A stretch of DNA of 64,000 nucleotides from an uncultured bacterium (GTDB lineage Bacteria; Chloroflexota; UBA5177; JANWHV01). The DNA is taken from assembly GCA_963729625.1 (NCBI GenBank), contig CAVSOU010000007.1:192001-256000 (forward strand), read 5' to 3'. Below, piece after piece: positions 62,833 to 64,000 of this stretch. Both the position numbers and the translations under genes were made by a program. The notes beneath the pieces were generated by a model. The model saw nothing but the letters and a program-made list of their open reading frames with translations, was not told the DNA's origin and did not search any database. The stretch's first letter is position 1. Every line of letters starts with the position of its first letter.

Positions 62833-64000
<1,168 letters not shown>

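Overview
GC-rich bacterial chromosomal segment, most likely Chloroflexota (inferred from the archaeal/eukaryotic-type ProRS, the Asp23-DAK2-DegV cluster, multi-GAF kinases and TmCBP-like family-5 binding protein). Most of it is housekeeping: mutL, RNase HI, fak cluster, moaC, pyrE, pyrD, cysK, proS, glnA, purF-purM-purN-purH, four tRNAs and a tuf gene cut by the window end. Accessory content: secreted proteins at the left end (including an RCC1 propeller fused to a degenerate G1-peptidase-like domain), three tandem GT-C-like membrane glycosyltransferase paralogs, a LacI-controlled oligosaccharide ABC cassette with no ATPase, and a GAF kinase / Usp / receiver / receiver-cyclase module. No integrase, transposase, prophage or CRISPR array was seen. 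The best candidate for an undescribed system is a REC-ANTAR regulator directly upstream of glnA: the glnA leader holds several A1/G4 hexaloop hairpins, one of which is mutually exclusive with a 10-bp helix that buries the glnA Shine-Dalgarno, suggesting ANTAR-dependent translational activation of glutamine synthetase. Other candidate structured leaders precede the MgtE-like gene, the cyclodeaminase-mutL operon and purF. All RNA structures were paired by eye, not computed.
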